Shown piece after piece: positions 1 through 11,497 of a stretch of 64,000 nucleotides of DNA; the first letter of the stretch is position 1; the number at the start of each line of letters is the position of its first letter. The notes below the pieces were generated by a model. The model was given only the letters and a program-made list of their open reading frames with translations. It had not been told where the DNA came from and did not search any database. The translations under genes and the position numbers were made by a program. This DNA is from Eledone cirrhosa (lineage: Eukaryota): positions 2,480,001-2,544,000 of the forward strand of contig OZ024765.1 of the NCBI GenBank assembly GCA_964016885.1, given 5' to 3'.

Positions 1-480
1 TCTCCAGTGATTCTTTCCTGAGACATACTAACCACATGTCCATAGTATCAGAGCTGTGATCTCTCAATTCAGAGAAGTAGCAACTCTACCTGGAGTGACC
101 CTCTGATCTCCGAGCTACAAATATCTCCAGTGATTCTTTCCTGAGACATTCTAACCACATGTCCATAGTATCAGAGCTGTGATCTCTCAATTCAGAGAAG
201 TAGCAGCTCTACCTGGAGCAACTCTCTGATCTCCGAGCTACAAATCTCTCCAGTGATTCTTTCCTGAGACATTCTAACCACATGTCCATAGTATCAGAGC
301 TGTGATCTCTCAATTCAGAGAAGTAGCAGCTCTACTTGGAGTGACTCTCTGATCTCCGAGCTACAAATCTCTCCAGTGATTCTTTCCTCAGACATTCTAA
401 CCACATGTCCATAATATCAGAGCTGTGATCTCTCAATTCAGAGAAGTAGCAGCTCTACCTAGAGTGACTCTCTGATCTCC
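1..480 (-). repeat. 123-bp tandem repeat (~4 copies, runs off left edge) derived from an RTE LINE ORF C-terminus
   Basis: tctccagtgattc recurs at 1, 124, 247 and 370. The minus strand reads ICSSEIRELLQVELLLL*IERSQL*YYGHVVRMSQERI, like the RTE 'IERSQLRWFGHVVRM' motif with stops. Confidence 0.8.
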
Positions 481-530
481 AAGTTAAATAATTATAATTT
501 TTTTTTTTTTTAAATTAAAAAGTAAATGAA

Positions 531-1669
531 CCCTTTAGCATTTAAACCAGCCACATTCAGCCAGAATTCTCTCATCATTTTCTGTTAAAACCGGCTATAA
601 TTGGTCACTCATACTGATGTTAAGGTATTGTTCTCAACATAAATAATATTAAAATCTCATAGATTCGATATTATGTGAGGTAAAGCCTTTACTGTGAAAA
701 TACAATAGTATATATAGAGTAATGTAAATATTATGTGAGATATTATGTGAGGTAAAGACTTTACTGTGAAAATACAATAGTATATATAGAGTAATGTAAA
801 TGTTATGTGAGATATTATGTGAGGTAAACCTTTACTGTGAAAATACAATAGTATATATAGAGTAATGTAAATGTTATGTGAGATATTATGTGAGGTAAAG
901 ACTTTACTGTGAAAATACAATAGTATATATAGAGTAATGTAAATGTTATGTGAGGTATTATGTGAGGTAAAGCCTTTACTGTGAAAATACAATAGTATAT
1001 ATAGAGTAATGTAAATGTTATGTGAGATATTATGTGAGGTAAAGACTTTACTGTGAAAATACAATAGTATATATAGAGTAATGTAAATGTCATGTGAGAT
1101 ATTATGTGAGGTAAATACTTTACTGTGAAAATACAATAGTATATATAGAGTAATGTAAATGTTATGTGAGATATTATGTGAGGTAAAGACTTTACTGTGA
1201 AAATACAATAGTATATATAGAGTAATGTAAATGCTATGTGAGATATTATGTGAGGTAAAGCCTTTACTGTGAAAATACAATAGTATATATAGAGTAATGT
1301 AAATGTTATGTGAGATATTATGTGAGGTAAAGCCTTTACTGTGAAAATACAATAGTATATATAGAGTAATGTAAATGTTATGTGAGATATTATGTGAGGT
1401 AAAGCCTTTACTGAAAATACAATAGTATATATAGAGTAATGTAAATGTCATGTGAGATATTATGTGAGGTAAATACTTTACTGTGAAAATACAATAGTAT
1501 ATATAGAGTAATGTAAATGTTATGTGAGATATTATGTGAGGTAAATACTTTACTGAAAATACAATAGTATATATAGAGTAATGTAAATGTCATGTGAGAT
1601 ATTATGCGAGGTAAAGCCTTTACTGTGAAAATACAATAGTATATATAGAGTAATGTAAATGCTGAAGGG
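531..1669. mobile_element. piggyBac-like non-autonomous element with internal 72-bp tandem array
   Basis: Left TIR ccctttagcattta (531-544); right TIR taaatgctgaaggg (1656-1669) followed by TTAA. CCC...GGG ends and a TTAA target are piggyBac hallmarks. Left target site is degenerate (tgaa). Confidence 0.65.
670..1660. repeat. 72-bp minisatellite, ~14 copies
   Basis: Unit tattatgtgaggtaaagcctttactgtgaaaatacaatagtatatatagagtaatgtaaatgttatgtgaga; 24-aa periodicity in ORF 657..1451. Confidence 0.95.
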
Positions 1670-1706
1670 TTAAAAACAGGAAATTGTAGAAGTAAAAGCA
1701 ACCCAC

Positions 1707-1849
1707 CTTGAGCTTCGTTGTCTCTTTAACCAGTTCTTGTATACATTGCTGTGAGAAGGGAGATAATCTAAACTTGTAAATGTGGCAAGAAACCTCTTCT
1801 CTTGTTCTGTATACTGATGACTGATATCTGCTGGCTGAAAGTCCCTGCC
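1707..1849 (-). CDS. CLC-family chloride channel/H+-Cl- antiporter, coding exon 2 (gene continues beyond window start)
   Basis: Acceptor tttttctctcctccttctag and donor AAG|gtgggt. Phase-0 translation GRDFQPADISHQYTEQEKRFLATFTSLDYLPSHSNVYKNWLKRQRSS contains the (F/Y)xSLDY N-terminal motif of ClC-6/7-type proteins. Confidence 0.78.
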
Positions 1850-1925
1850 CTAGAAGGAGGAGAGAAAAAACACAGTAATATCATTTTGAATCCAGGTAGT
1901 GTTGGTGACAGCAAAGTAGTATATA

Positions 1926-1982
<57 letters not shown>

Positions 1983-2473
1983 CACCCTTGCAAGCAGGGA
2001 AAAGCGGACGAAAATGATAAAATGATGATATGTGTGTGTGTGTGTATGCGTGAGTATATATGAGTATGTATGGTATGTATGTATATATATACATGTGTCT
2101 GAATGACAGGAGGCTGGACTGGTGAAATTCCTTCAAAGATTTATTATACCAAACACTATGTCATATATATATATATATATATAATATTAAGGATACTATT
2201 TATGGTTATGTATATATTAAAACTTTTTATAGTTATGTATATTTTAAACCCTAAACAGTGAAGGTCAGTAATTTATTACTACTTTATTACCAGTAAGATA
2301 AATAGCTCAATGTAATAACATCAGTTGCTCTACAGAGCAGTTATATAGAATTCACAAGAATCAAAGTTATGTTCAAAGCATTTATTCACTTACAATTGTT
2401 TCATCCAAGCCTAGGTTTGGATGAAACAATTGTAAGTGAATAAATGCTTTGAACATAGCTTTGATTCTTGTGA

Positions 2474-2508
<35 letters not shown>

Positions 2509-3108
2509 GTACATATATATATGTGTCTCTGTATATATATATACACACATATATATATATGGGTAGCAGTAAACTATGGTATGGGCCATTGTGTCACTAA
2601 GAGAGTGAACTGACTAAGCAAATTTCGTTGAAATCTGCGGTAGCTAATGGTCAACTTCCTTCGGACATGCGCACGCACAGACTGGTGGGGGTGAATTGGA
2701 ACTCACATGGGAACAGGTGATAAACCCAAAAGCACGCAATTCATCCGTTCCCATGTCGATTCAATTTGGATTGCCTCGGAAACATAACCTTATTATGTAA
2801 CAAGCTGTCTGATGATGTCACGACACTCGCACACAGAACAGTGTGGCCAGTGTCGCCATTGAAATATATATCACAGCATTATTATTAAAGGACTTGAACA
2901 TCTGAAACTACTTCGCTTTTCCTTATTCTATATATGTATATATATATATATACATATATATACACATACACATTTATATATCACAAGAGGTGACTAAAGT
3001 GGTTGATGCCAGGAAAAGCATCTGGCTGTAGAAACATTGGCTCAGAAAAAAAAAAAACAACCCCCCAAAAATAGGGACCCCATAATGAACATGATTACAG
3101 GAACTTAC

Positions 3109-3252
3109 TGTTGCCAAGAAACTAAAATCTGTAGGGGATTTAACGTTTCTCTGGCGTATCATTGTTTCTGGTACACCAACGTCATCTTCTGCAGAACCTT
3201 CCCTTTCTTCATCAGAATATCGTTGTCGTGGAAAATCCGTATCATCTTCCAT
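3109..3252 (-). CDS. CLC-family gene, first coding exon (exon 3297-3109 including 5'UTR)
   Basis: ATG at 3252, then 48 codons MEDDTDFPRQ...TDFSFLAT ending exactly at a gtaagt donor in phase 0, matching exon 2 (FLAT|GRDF). Acceptor tcttatttcag precedes 3297. Confidence 0.78.
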
Positions 3253-3424
3253 GGTTCAAATACTGGAATATACTTTCTGGAAAAATCTGGATATATTCTG
3301 AAATAAGACACAAACAGTAAGTTATTCTGTTTCAGGTTTTTTGTTGGGGTGTTTTGTTTTTTTTTCTACTTCTTCTTCATCGCTCTGATCCCAGACCTCA
3401 TTCGCTTGCCAAGTGGGGCAGACC

Positions 3425-3515
3425 TCGTGAAATTGGATCAAGGAAACAATGTTTCCATTGGTCTTTCCATTACTGATACTATCTGTCAGTCACAACTCCT
3501 GGCAGAAGAAAGGAG
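3425..3515. repeat. Unclassified interspersed repeat; inverted relative at ~16413-16505
   Basis: caaggaaacaatgtttccattgg...cacaactcc matches the reverse complement of ggagttgtgacc...ccaatggaaacattgtttccttgg. Confidence 0.7.
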
Positions 3516-3554
3516 CTGATTGTCTGATCAGACCAAGGAATAAATAACATGAAC

Positions 3555-3787
3555 ATCTCATAGATTTGATATTATATGAGGTAAAGCCTTTACTGTGAAA
3601 ATACAATAGTATATATAGAGTAATGTAAATGTTATGTGAGATATTATGTGAGGTAAAGCCTTTACTGTGAAAATACAATAGTATATATAGAGTAATGTAA
3701 ATGTTATGTGAGATATTATGTGAGGTAAAGACTTTACTGTGAAAATGCAATAGTATATATAGAGTAATGTAAATGCTAAAGGGTTAA
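3555..3787. mobile_element. Right end of the same piggyBac-like element with three 72-bp units
   Basis: Same unit as 670-1660, ending taaatgctaaaggg-ttaa. Confidence 0.75.
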
Positions 3788-4091
3788 TATTACTCATAAT
3801 ATATTCCATATGTGAACTAGAAGAAAAATTTGTACCCACCCACTTGAGATCTGTCTGCACTTGTGTGTACGTGAGTGTGAGAGAGGGAGTGTTTGTCTGT
3901 GTGTGTACGTGAGTGTGAGAGAGGGAGTGTTTGTCTGTGTGTGTACGTGTGTGAGAGAGAGAGAGGGGGAGTGTTTGTCTGTGTGTGATAGAGAGTGTGT
4001 TTGTGAGTGAGTGAGTGTTTGTGAGCTTTGATTGCTAAACTATCTACTAAATTTGCGCTAAATTTTAAATATCCAGATGTTTATATATATA

Positions 4092-4506
4092 TCATCATAA
4101 GTGTTTAATATAGGTTGGATGGTTTTGTCCCACTTGAGGCAAGATTGGTTGGGTGACCGCGTCTCGCTCATACAGAACTGTTTCTGGCAGGTTTTCTACA
4201 GCTAGATCTCCTTAACACCAACCACATTTACAGTGTGGACTGAGAGCCTTTTTATCATGTCATCTACATGACCACTTTACAGTGTGGACTGAGAGCCTTT
4301 TTATCATGTCATCTACATGACCACTTTACAGTGTGGACTGGGTGCTTTTTTGTTGTGACACCTACACAACCACTTTACAGTGTGGACTGGGTGTTTTTTG
4401 TTGTGACACCTACATGACCACTTTACAGTGTGGACTGGGTGTTTTTTGTTGTGACACCTACATGACCACTTTACAGTGTGGACTGGGTACTTTTTGTCGT
4501 GACACC
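4092..4506 (-). mobile_element. SINE with RTE-like tail plus ~6 copies of the 48-bp unit
   Basis: catcat tail, then gttttctacagctagat...aaccacatttacagtgtggact leading into the 48-bp repeats. Confidence 0.6.
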
Positions 4507-4994
4507 TTGGCTGTTCCAGCACCTCAGCCTCGCCATCACTCGAGGTAACTGGTGTGGCTCCTCATGAGGGCTCTTGGCTGTTCCAGCGCCTCAGCCTCGC
4601 CATCACCCGAGGTAACTGGTGATGCTCCTCATGAGGGCGCTTGGCTGTTGCAGCACCTCGGCCTCGCCACCACCAGATGTAACGCTGCCAACGTGCTGGT
4701 TTGCCTAAAAAATTATTTGAGAGGTTTTCCAGTGCCCCTTGTGATAATGTTATCTTTTATTCTGGTAACGGGTCGTTTGTCCACCCCTTTCGCCAGCCTC
4801 TTGTATGTGGTTCTAGATATGTGTGTGTGTGTGTGTGTGTTTTAAGGAAGAGGCTATGTAGCCGGTAAGAGTGTCAGACTCCATGAGTTGCGGCCTGAGT
4901 TAAGACAATTTGAAATCTTTTCCACCATCAATTGTTAAAAAACAATTTAAAAGCATTTAGTCGTATATTGGTAACTTACATTAACTTTAGTTAC

Positions 4995-5440
4995 ACACAC
5001 ACACATCTATAGATAACTACATAAACATATAGACAACAGAAGTGCCAACACATACACACACATCTATAGATAACTACATAAACATATAGACAACAGAAGT
5101 GCCAACACATACACACACATCTATAGATAACTACATAAACATATAGACAACAGAAGTGCCAACACATACACACACATCTATAGATAACTACATAAACATA
5201 TAGACAACAGAAGTGTCAACACATACACACACATCTATAGATAACTACATAAACATATAGACAACAGAGGTGTCAACACATACACACACACACATCTATA
5301 GATAAATACATAAACAGACAAACAGAAGTGCCAACACATACACACACATCTATAGATAACTACATAAACATATAGACAACTGAAGTGCCAACACATACAC
5401 GTCTACATGTAAGTATATAAACATATACAGACAACAGAAG
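4995..5440. repeat. 57-bp minisatellite, ~7.5 copies
   Basis: Unit acacacatctatagataactacataaacatatagacaacagaagtgccaacacatac. Confidence 0.92.
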
Positions 5441-5564
5441 GAAGGAGCTGGTGAAACGCTATAGCGATGTGTGTTGCATCCAGTTTACCAGCTACAAAGC
5501 CTTTTGGGTTTTTAAAAACATATCTGTAATGTTATTTATACAACTGTGAATAATACACACATGC

Positions 5565-5620
<56 letters not shown>

Positions 5621-5743
5621 GTGTGTGCATTGTTTACATTATATATACATACATATGTGTGTATTTCGTCCGCTGAAAATGAAAAGTTCCCCCAATGTGT
5701 ATGTGTGTATATATGCATGCATGTGTGTATATATGCATGTATG

Positions 5744-5779
<36 letters not shown>

Positions 5780-5781
5780 TG

Positions 5782-5818
<37 letters not shown>

Positions 5819-5862
5819 CAAAATATTAATAAATGAAGACGTTCACATAATCAAAATATATG

Positions 5863-5925
5863 TTTTATTATATATATTTCGAAGGTACTGTGCTGTATTT
5901 TTAAGTACGTCCTCGTCAGATAAAA
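5863..5925 (-). ncRNA. Minimal type I hammerhead ribozyme motif
   Basis: ttttat-CTGACGA-stem II-GAAA-tatata-TA-ataaaa, with palindromic stem III/loop 3. Confidence 0.7.
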
Positions 5926-6050
5926 TACATGAATTGATGTATGACATACCTCAACTGTCTTGATTGTTCAATTCCAGTCTTGGTAGTACTGACAGTATTA
6001 GTATGTCATACATCAAGACAGTTGAGGTATGTCATACATCAATTCATGTA

Positions 6051-6112
6051 TTTTATCTGACGAGGACGTACTGAAAAAACAGCACAGTACCTTCGAAATA
6101 TGTATAATAAGA
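6051..6112 (+). ncRNA. Minimal type I hammerhead ribozyme motif
   Basis: Stem I ttttat/ataaga, CTGACGA 6057-6063, stem II with gtactg/cagtac, GAAA 6095-6098, 2-bp stem III, AUA site 6104-6106. Confidence 0.7.
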
Positions 6113-6454
6113 CATATATTTTGATTATGTGAACGTCTTCATTTATTAATATTTTGAATAATATTAATAACTCCAGAAAACTTCTAGTAAAACTATATTT
6201 ATTGAGTAATCAATAAACCATATTAATTTTGGGTTATATATATATGTATGTATATGTATGTATATATGTATGTATTTGTGTGTACGAGTTGCGTGTGTAT
6301 TTTGGGGGGCGGGTATTCTGGTTTATGTTGGTTGATATAAGCAGGAATACATCTATCGCCGGGTTTTTCCTATAAACAAACCACGAGATATATAAGATAT
6401 AAGAAGCAGAGGCCATCGTACACGTTATGGGTTATATATATATATATATATATA

Positions 6455-6675
6455 GTAATAATAATAAATTTGAAGACTAAAATCCAAAGAGGGCTCGATA
6501 AGGATAAATATATATCAAATATATAAGAACCGTAGAACAAATATTTATTAAAATAACAGATTAAAGTTTAAGCAAAGAATCGCTGTTTTCACCCTTAACG
6601 AGATCTTCTGAAACTTTAATCTGTTATTTTAATAAATATTTGCTCTAGGGTTCTTATATATTTTATATATATTTA
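6455..6675. mobile_element. Palindromic Penelope-like terminus, family B
   Basis: Arms ~6506-6569 and 6611-6675. The minus-strand spacer reads cagaaga-tctcgttaagggt-gaaa-acagcgat-tc (degenerate HHR). Same family at 14584-14770 and 47142-47228. Confidence 0.65.
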
Positions 6676-6861
6676 TGTTGTTTATTACATATATATATAT
6701 ATATATATATATAGTTATATATACCCCTTTACGTGTGTGATATTGAAGCGAATAACTGTGTCTACTCTGGCAGTTTGTTTAACATTACCTATTGAGTACG
6801 CTGATGGAAGCGGTCCTAGCAGTGATACCCATGCTAGTTCCGTCAACTTACACACACACAC

Positions 6862-6895
<34 letters not shown>

Positions 6896-6947
6896 ACATA
6901 CACACACACAGAAATATATATATAGGGTGGGTGTGTGTCTATAACAA

Positions 6948-7390
6948 ATTTAATATAGAAATGGTTTCTACGGGATTAGAAGTATATTAAATTAGTTGTT
7001 TACACTCTTCTAATGTATTGAGTACCTTAGTTACTGTGGTTACCCCCGATTGAACCCGGAACTCATATATATATACATATATATATATATATAGTGGCTT
7101 TGTCTTAAAGAATGGCAGGCGAGCACCGTTAAAAACGTGATAAAGTACTCAATACGTTAGATAGTGAGGGTACTATATATAACTTAATTAGACATGGATT
7201 CTTAATGAAATTCAATTATATGTATAGAAATGGCTTCTACAGGACTAGAACTGTTTCATTTGGGAGAAATCATCAGGAATGAAACAGTTCTAGTCCTGTA
7301 GAAGTCATTTCTATATTAAATATTTATACTTTGCTATGTATTGAGTACCTTACTTACTGTGGTTAGCCCCGATTGAACCCCGGATAAACT
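6948..7390. mobile_element. Penelope-like termini, family C (fragment 6948-7062 and palindrome 7223-7315 with tail)
   Basis: Arms 7223-7260 and 7278-7315. Minus strand reads CTGATGA-tttctcccaaat-GAAAC-agttcta-GTC. Shared tail gtattgagtacctta.ttactgtggtta.ccccgatt.aacccgga. Confidence 0.65.
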
Positions 7391-7593
7391 TATATATGTA
7401 TATATATAGAGAGAGAGATTGTATATGCCTGCGTATATACTCTTGTGTATATAGTAGGTATGTGTGTGTTTATATACATATATATAATATATATACAGAT
7501 AAATCCACCAACTAATGGTAGGGTCCAAGCCGTATGAAGAACTCAATGTAATCCGTATGTAGATATATAAATGAAAATACTTATATATATGTA

Positions 7594-7634
<41 letters not shown>

Positions 7635-8057
7635 TTATCGTACACGCCCACAATGAAAACAAGCTCCCGGAGAAAGAGAGAGAGACAGCGAAAGCGAGAA
7701 TTAAGAAGATAAAAACAGACCTGTCAGGATATTAGCTGGAAATACCACATCATCTCACTGTGGCAAGATACCAACTAAAAATAAACCTAAATGTACAAAA
7801 GGAACCTATCTCTGGTCAACACCGCCTCTATTGTCATTGCTTGGACAAACAGAGAGAAAGAGGGACACATACATACATACACGCGCACTGTCAGATTCCT
7901 TTATTCTGTAAACACCGTTCGCTAAATCTTATTCTCTTAAGCCGGCATGTTCGTTTATTATTCCTTTGCTTTTGTGTTGATGGTTGTGGTGGTGGTTGTG
8001 TTTGTTTTGGAAGCTGTGAAATTATCGAACATGTGCGGGTGTGTGTGTACAAAAGTG

Positions 8058-8300
8058 ACACAGAGGAGACTGAGGTTAGCTGGACATGCTCACCGACATC
8101 TAGAGTTGACACTGCACTCAGTGCTCCTGTGGGAGCCCCTACATGGACACACTGGAAGAGGAAGACTAAGGTTAACGTATGTTGATGCCCTAAGGACAAA
8201 CACTGGTCTGTTGGAGACGCAGGACATGGCAGCGATGATGAGGGACAGAGACCGCTGGAGAGAACTCGTCCATGGATCTCGGGAATTTTACCCGCCCTAG
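8058..8300 (+). mobile_element. RTE-type LINE 3' coding fragment
   Basis: RRLRLAGHAHRH...LLWEPLHGHTGRGRLRLTYVDAL...MRDRDRWRELV is a typical RTE ORF C-terminus. Confidence 0.85.
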
Positions 8301-10153
8301 AATTATTAAAAGTTTAACAAGGTATAGCCTAGCCTAATGAAAAAAATTTTTTTCATCTTTCTAGGCAGGAAAAATGGAAAAAATTTTTTTTTACTTTTTC
8401 GAGGCTGGAAAAATGAAAAAAAAATGAAAAAAAAATTTTTTTTCATGGCTAGCCTAGCCTAGCCTAGCCTAGCCTAAACCTAGCCTAGCCTAAACCTAGC
8501 CTAGCCTAGCCTAGCTTAATGAAAACATTTTTTTTCATTTTTCGAGGCTGGAAAAATGAAAAAAATGAAAAATTTTTTTTCATTTTTCGAGGCTGGAAAA
8601 ATGAAAAAAATGAAAAATTTTTTTTCATATTTCAAGGTAGGAAAATAGAAAAAAAATGAAAAAAATTATTTTTTTCATGGCTAGCCTAGCCTAGCCTAGT
8701 CTAGCCTGGAAAAATGGAAAAAATGAAAAAAATTTTTTTTTCTTTTTCGAGGCTGGAAAAATGAAAAAAAATGTTTTTTTCATGGCTAGCCTAAACCTAG
8801 CCTAGCTTAGCCTAAACCTAGCCTAACCTAAACCTAGCCTAGCCTAAACCTAGCCTAGCCTAGCCTAAACCTAGCCTAGCCTAGCCTAATGAAAACATTT
8901 TTTTTCATTTTTCGAGGCTAGAAAAATGAAAAAAATGAGCAAATTTTTTTTTTTTTTTTTTGAAAAATTAAAAATTTTTTTGAAAAATTAAAAATTTTTT
9001 TTTCATTTTTCGAGGCTGGAAAAATGAAAAAAATGAAAAAATTTTTTTTCATATTTCAAGGTAGGAAAATAGAAAAATGAAAAATTTTTTTGAAAAATGA
9101 AAAATTTTTTTGAAAAATGAAAAATTTTTTTTCATTTTTCGAGGCTGGAAAAATGAAAAAAATGAAAAAAATTTTTTTTTTCTTTTTCGAGGCTGGAAAA
9201 ATGAAAAAAAATGTTTTTTTCATGGCTAGCCTAAACCTAGCCTAGCTTAGCCTAAACCTAGCCTAACCTAAACCTAGCCTAGCCTAAACCTAGCCTAAAC
9301 CTAGCCTAGCCTAGCCTAGCCTAGCCTAAACCTAGCCTAGCCTAGCCTAATGAAAACATTTTTTTTTCATTTTTCGAGGCTGGAAAAATGAAAAAAATGA
9401 GCAAATTTTTTTTTTTTTTTTTCGAAAAAATTTTTTTTCATGGCTAGCCTAGCCTAGCCTAGCCTAGCCTAAACCTAGCCTAGCCTAAACCTAGCCTAGC
9501 CTAGCCTAGCTTAATGAAAACATTTTTTTTCATTTTTCGAGGCTGGAAAAATGAAAAAAATGAAAAATTTTTTTTCATTTTTCGAGGCTGGAAAAATGAA
9601 AAAAATGAAAAATTTTTTTTTTCATATTTCAAGGCAGGAAAATAGAAAAAAATGAAAAAAAATTTTTTTTTCATGGCTAGCCTAGCCTAAACCTAGCCTA
9701 GCCTAGCCTAAACCTAGCCTAGTCTAGCCTAGCCTAAACCTAGCCTAGCCTAATCTAGCCTGGAAAAATGAAAAAAAAATTTTTTTATTTTTCTCGAGGC
9801 TGGAAAATTCAACTTTCGTATGACCTAGGGCCTGCATTAGGTGAAAAACTTCATTTTTTCAACTTCTTAGGGCTTTTTGGAGGCGTTACGTTTAGCCGAT
9901 TTTCCCGAAATTTCAAGGCATATTATGCACATTAAAAAAATTCATTTTCTTGATCCCCTAGGGCCCGCATTAGGTGAAAACCTGCATTTTCCCTGCTTCA
10001 TCGAGGAAAATCTTAAAGATTATCCAGCCATCAGAGTATTCGGTTTATTTTCTTTACATATTGTCCAGGCATGCAGTTTTTCCACGATTAGGTCTGTTGG
10101 TGGCCTGCATTCCAAAATATCTTATCACGTGCAACGCCGGGTACCACTGCTAG
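8297..10153 (+). mobile_element. Non-autonomous Helitron with internal composite satellite
   Basis: 3' end cacgtgcaacgccgggtaccactg-CTAG-t (GC hairpin, CTAG at 10150-10153, then T). The 5' boundary is approximate. Interior alternates (tagcc)n with tttttcgaggctggaaaaa blocks. Confidence 0.6.
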
Positions 10154-10471
10154 TATCAAATAAATGGAAACTATATTTATAAAACCATATTTCTTCTATT
10201 ATATATATTTCAAGGGTACCAAAATTTTGGTACGGTACACAATAATTTACATTATTATTTTTTTTTTTTTATAAGAACCATATGTTAAGTAACTATCTTA
10301 GTAATGAATTAATAATTTTAGTAAAACCTTCAAAGTTCTTCATTAATTAATTGAAATACAGAGTTCCTATTTAAATTAAGATCTTCCAGCATAATTTTAT
10401 ATAAGAACCATATGTTGAGTGGTAATGAAATAATAAATAATTTTAGTAAATCCCTCTAAATGCTTCATTAA

Positions 10472-10690
10472 TAATAATAATAATAATGATAATAATAATG
10501 AAATTATTGTGTACAGTGCTCAGGTGCACTACAACTCATCAAAGGTGTATGTATAGTACATAGAATAATGTACAAATGTCAGGAAAGGGAACAGTGTATG
10601 AGTTATGATATACACACAGACACATGCGTGTGTATGGAGGGGGCATATCAGGTGTAGTGTTGGTGGATTTCAGGAAGCATGGAGGTTTTA
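10472..10690 (-). mobile_element. LINE 3' end with (TTA)n tail
   Basis: ORF end ...KTSMLPEIHQHYT*, 3'UTR ending gtgcacctgagcactgtacacaataattt plus (tta)n. The same terminus recurs at 20456-20504. Confidence 0.55.
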
Positions 10691-10692
10691 AT

Positions 10693-11062
10693 GGCGTGCT
10701 TTGCAGCATATAGTTGCAGTTCTTTATGTTCTGAGTTCAAATCCCACCAAGGTTAGCTTTGCAACAGGTCCTGTCAGAAGCAACCTCATCAAATTGATCC
10801 AGCTGGATCCCCCAATTGAAGCCAGCCAAGCTCATGGATGTTATCCAACCATCTTGCTTAGAGTCTACTCCTGGATTTCCTCCATGTTGATTTGGCCCTT
10901 AAAATCTGTCCAGCTATACTTTCTTCTCCTCTTAAACTGTTGGTCTTGTGCTGAAATTTTAGACCAGCTTTGCATTTCGTCGTTACGGGGGTCGATGAAA
11001 TAAAGTACCAGTAATGTACTGGCATAATTGCTGGCCTTGTGCCAAAAGTAGAAACAATTATT
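10693..11062 (+). mobile_element. tRNA-derived SINE interrupted by a ~200-bp insertion
   Basis: ttctgagttcaaatccc...ggttagctttgc, insertion, then agctttgcatttcgtcgttacgggggtcgatgaaataaagtaccagt. Confidence 0.75.
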
Positions 11063-11390
11063 ATTGTTACTAAAGTAATCCTTATTTTGCAAGTGTTCTC
11101 TCCCTGTTATCGCTGTACGATGGTAATCAGAATTCTCTCCCTTTGATCGTTCTTCATAGTACAAATAACTCTCTCTCTCTCTCTCTCTCTGTTTTCTTCT
11201 CTCTGTCTTTCCCTCTTTGTCTCTCTCTATGTCGCACGCTTAGTAATCTCACTACACACGCACACAAACTACACTACACACATGTATATGTAGTGGAGTG
11301 TATATATAAATATATATGGATGGTTATACTATAAAATGTGTATAAATAAATGTTTAAGAGAACAAACGGTCTGACTAAACACACACACAC

Positions 11391-11428
<38 letters not shown>

Positions 11429-11445
11429 ATATAATAATAATATAA

Positions 11446-11493
<48 letters not shown>

Positions 11494-11497
11494 TATA

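Larger units (their letters stand above)
5811..6164. mobile_element. Palindromic Penelope-like terminus (~153-bp arms), each arm carrying an HHR motif
   Basis: 5811-5964 is the reverse complement of 6012-6164 with few mismatches. Confidence 0.8.

Noticed and set aside
1707-1847. Alternative open frame QGLSASRYQ... in exon 2
   Set aside because: Incompatible with the phase-0 upstream exon and has no recognisable motif.
6798-6850. ctgatgg plus hairpin as an HHR
   Set aside because: Core mismatched and GAAA absent.
8445-9760. Telomeric repeat interpretation of (tagcc/taaacc)n
   Set aside because: Not TTAGGG or TTAGG, interrupted, and embedded in a Helitron-like element.
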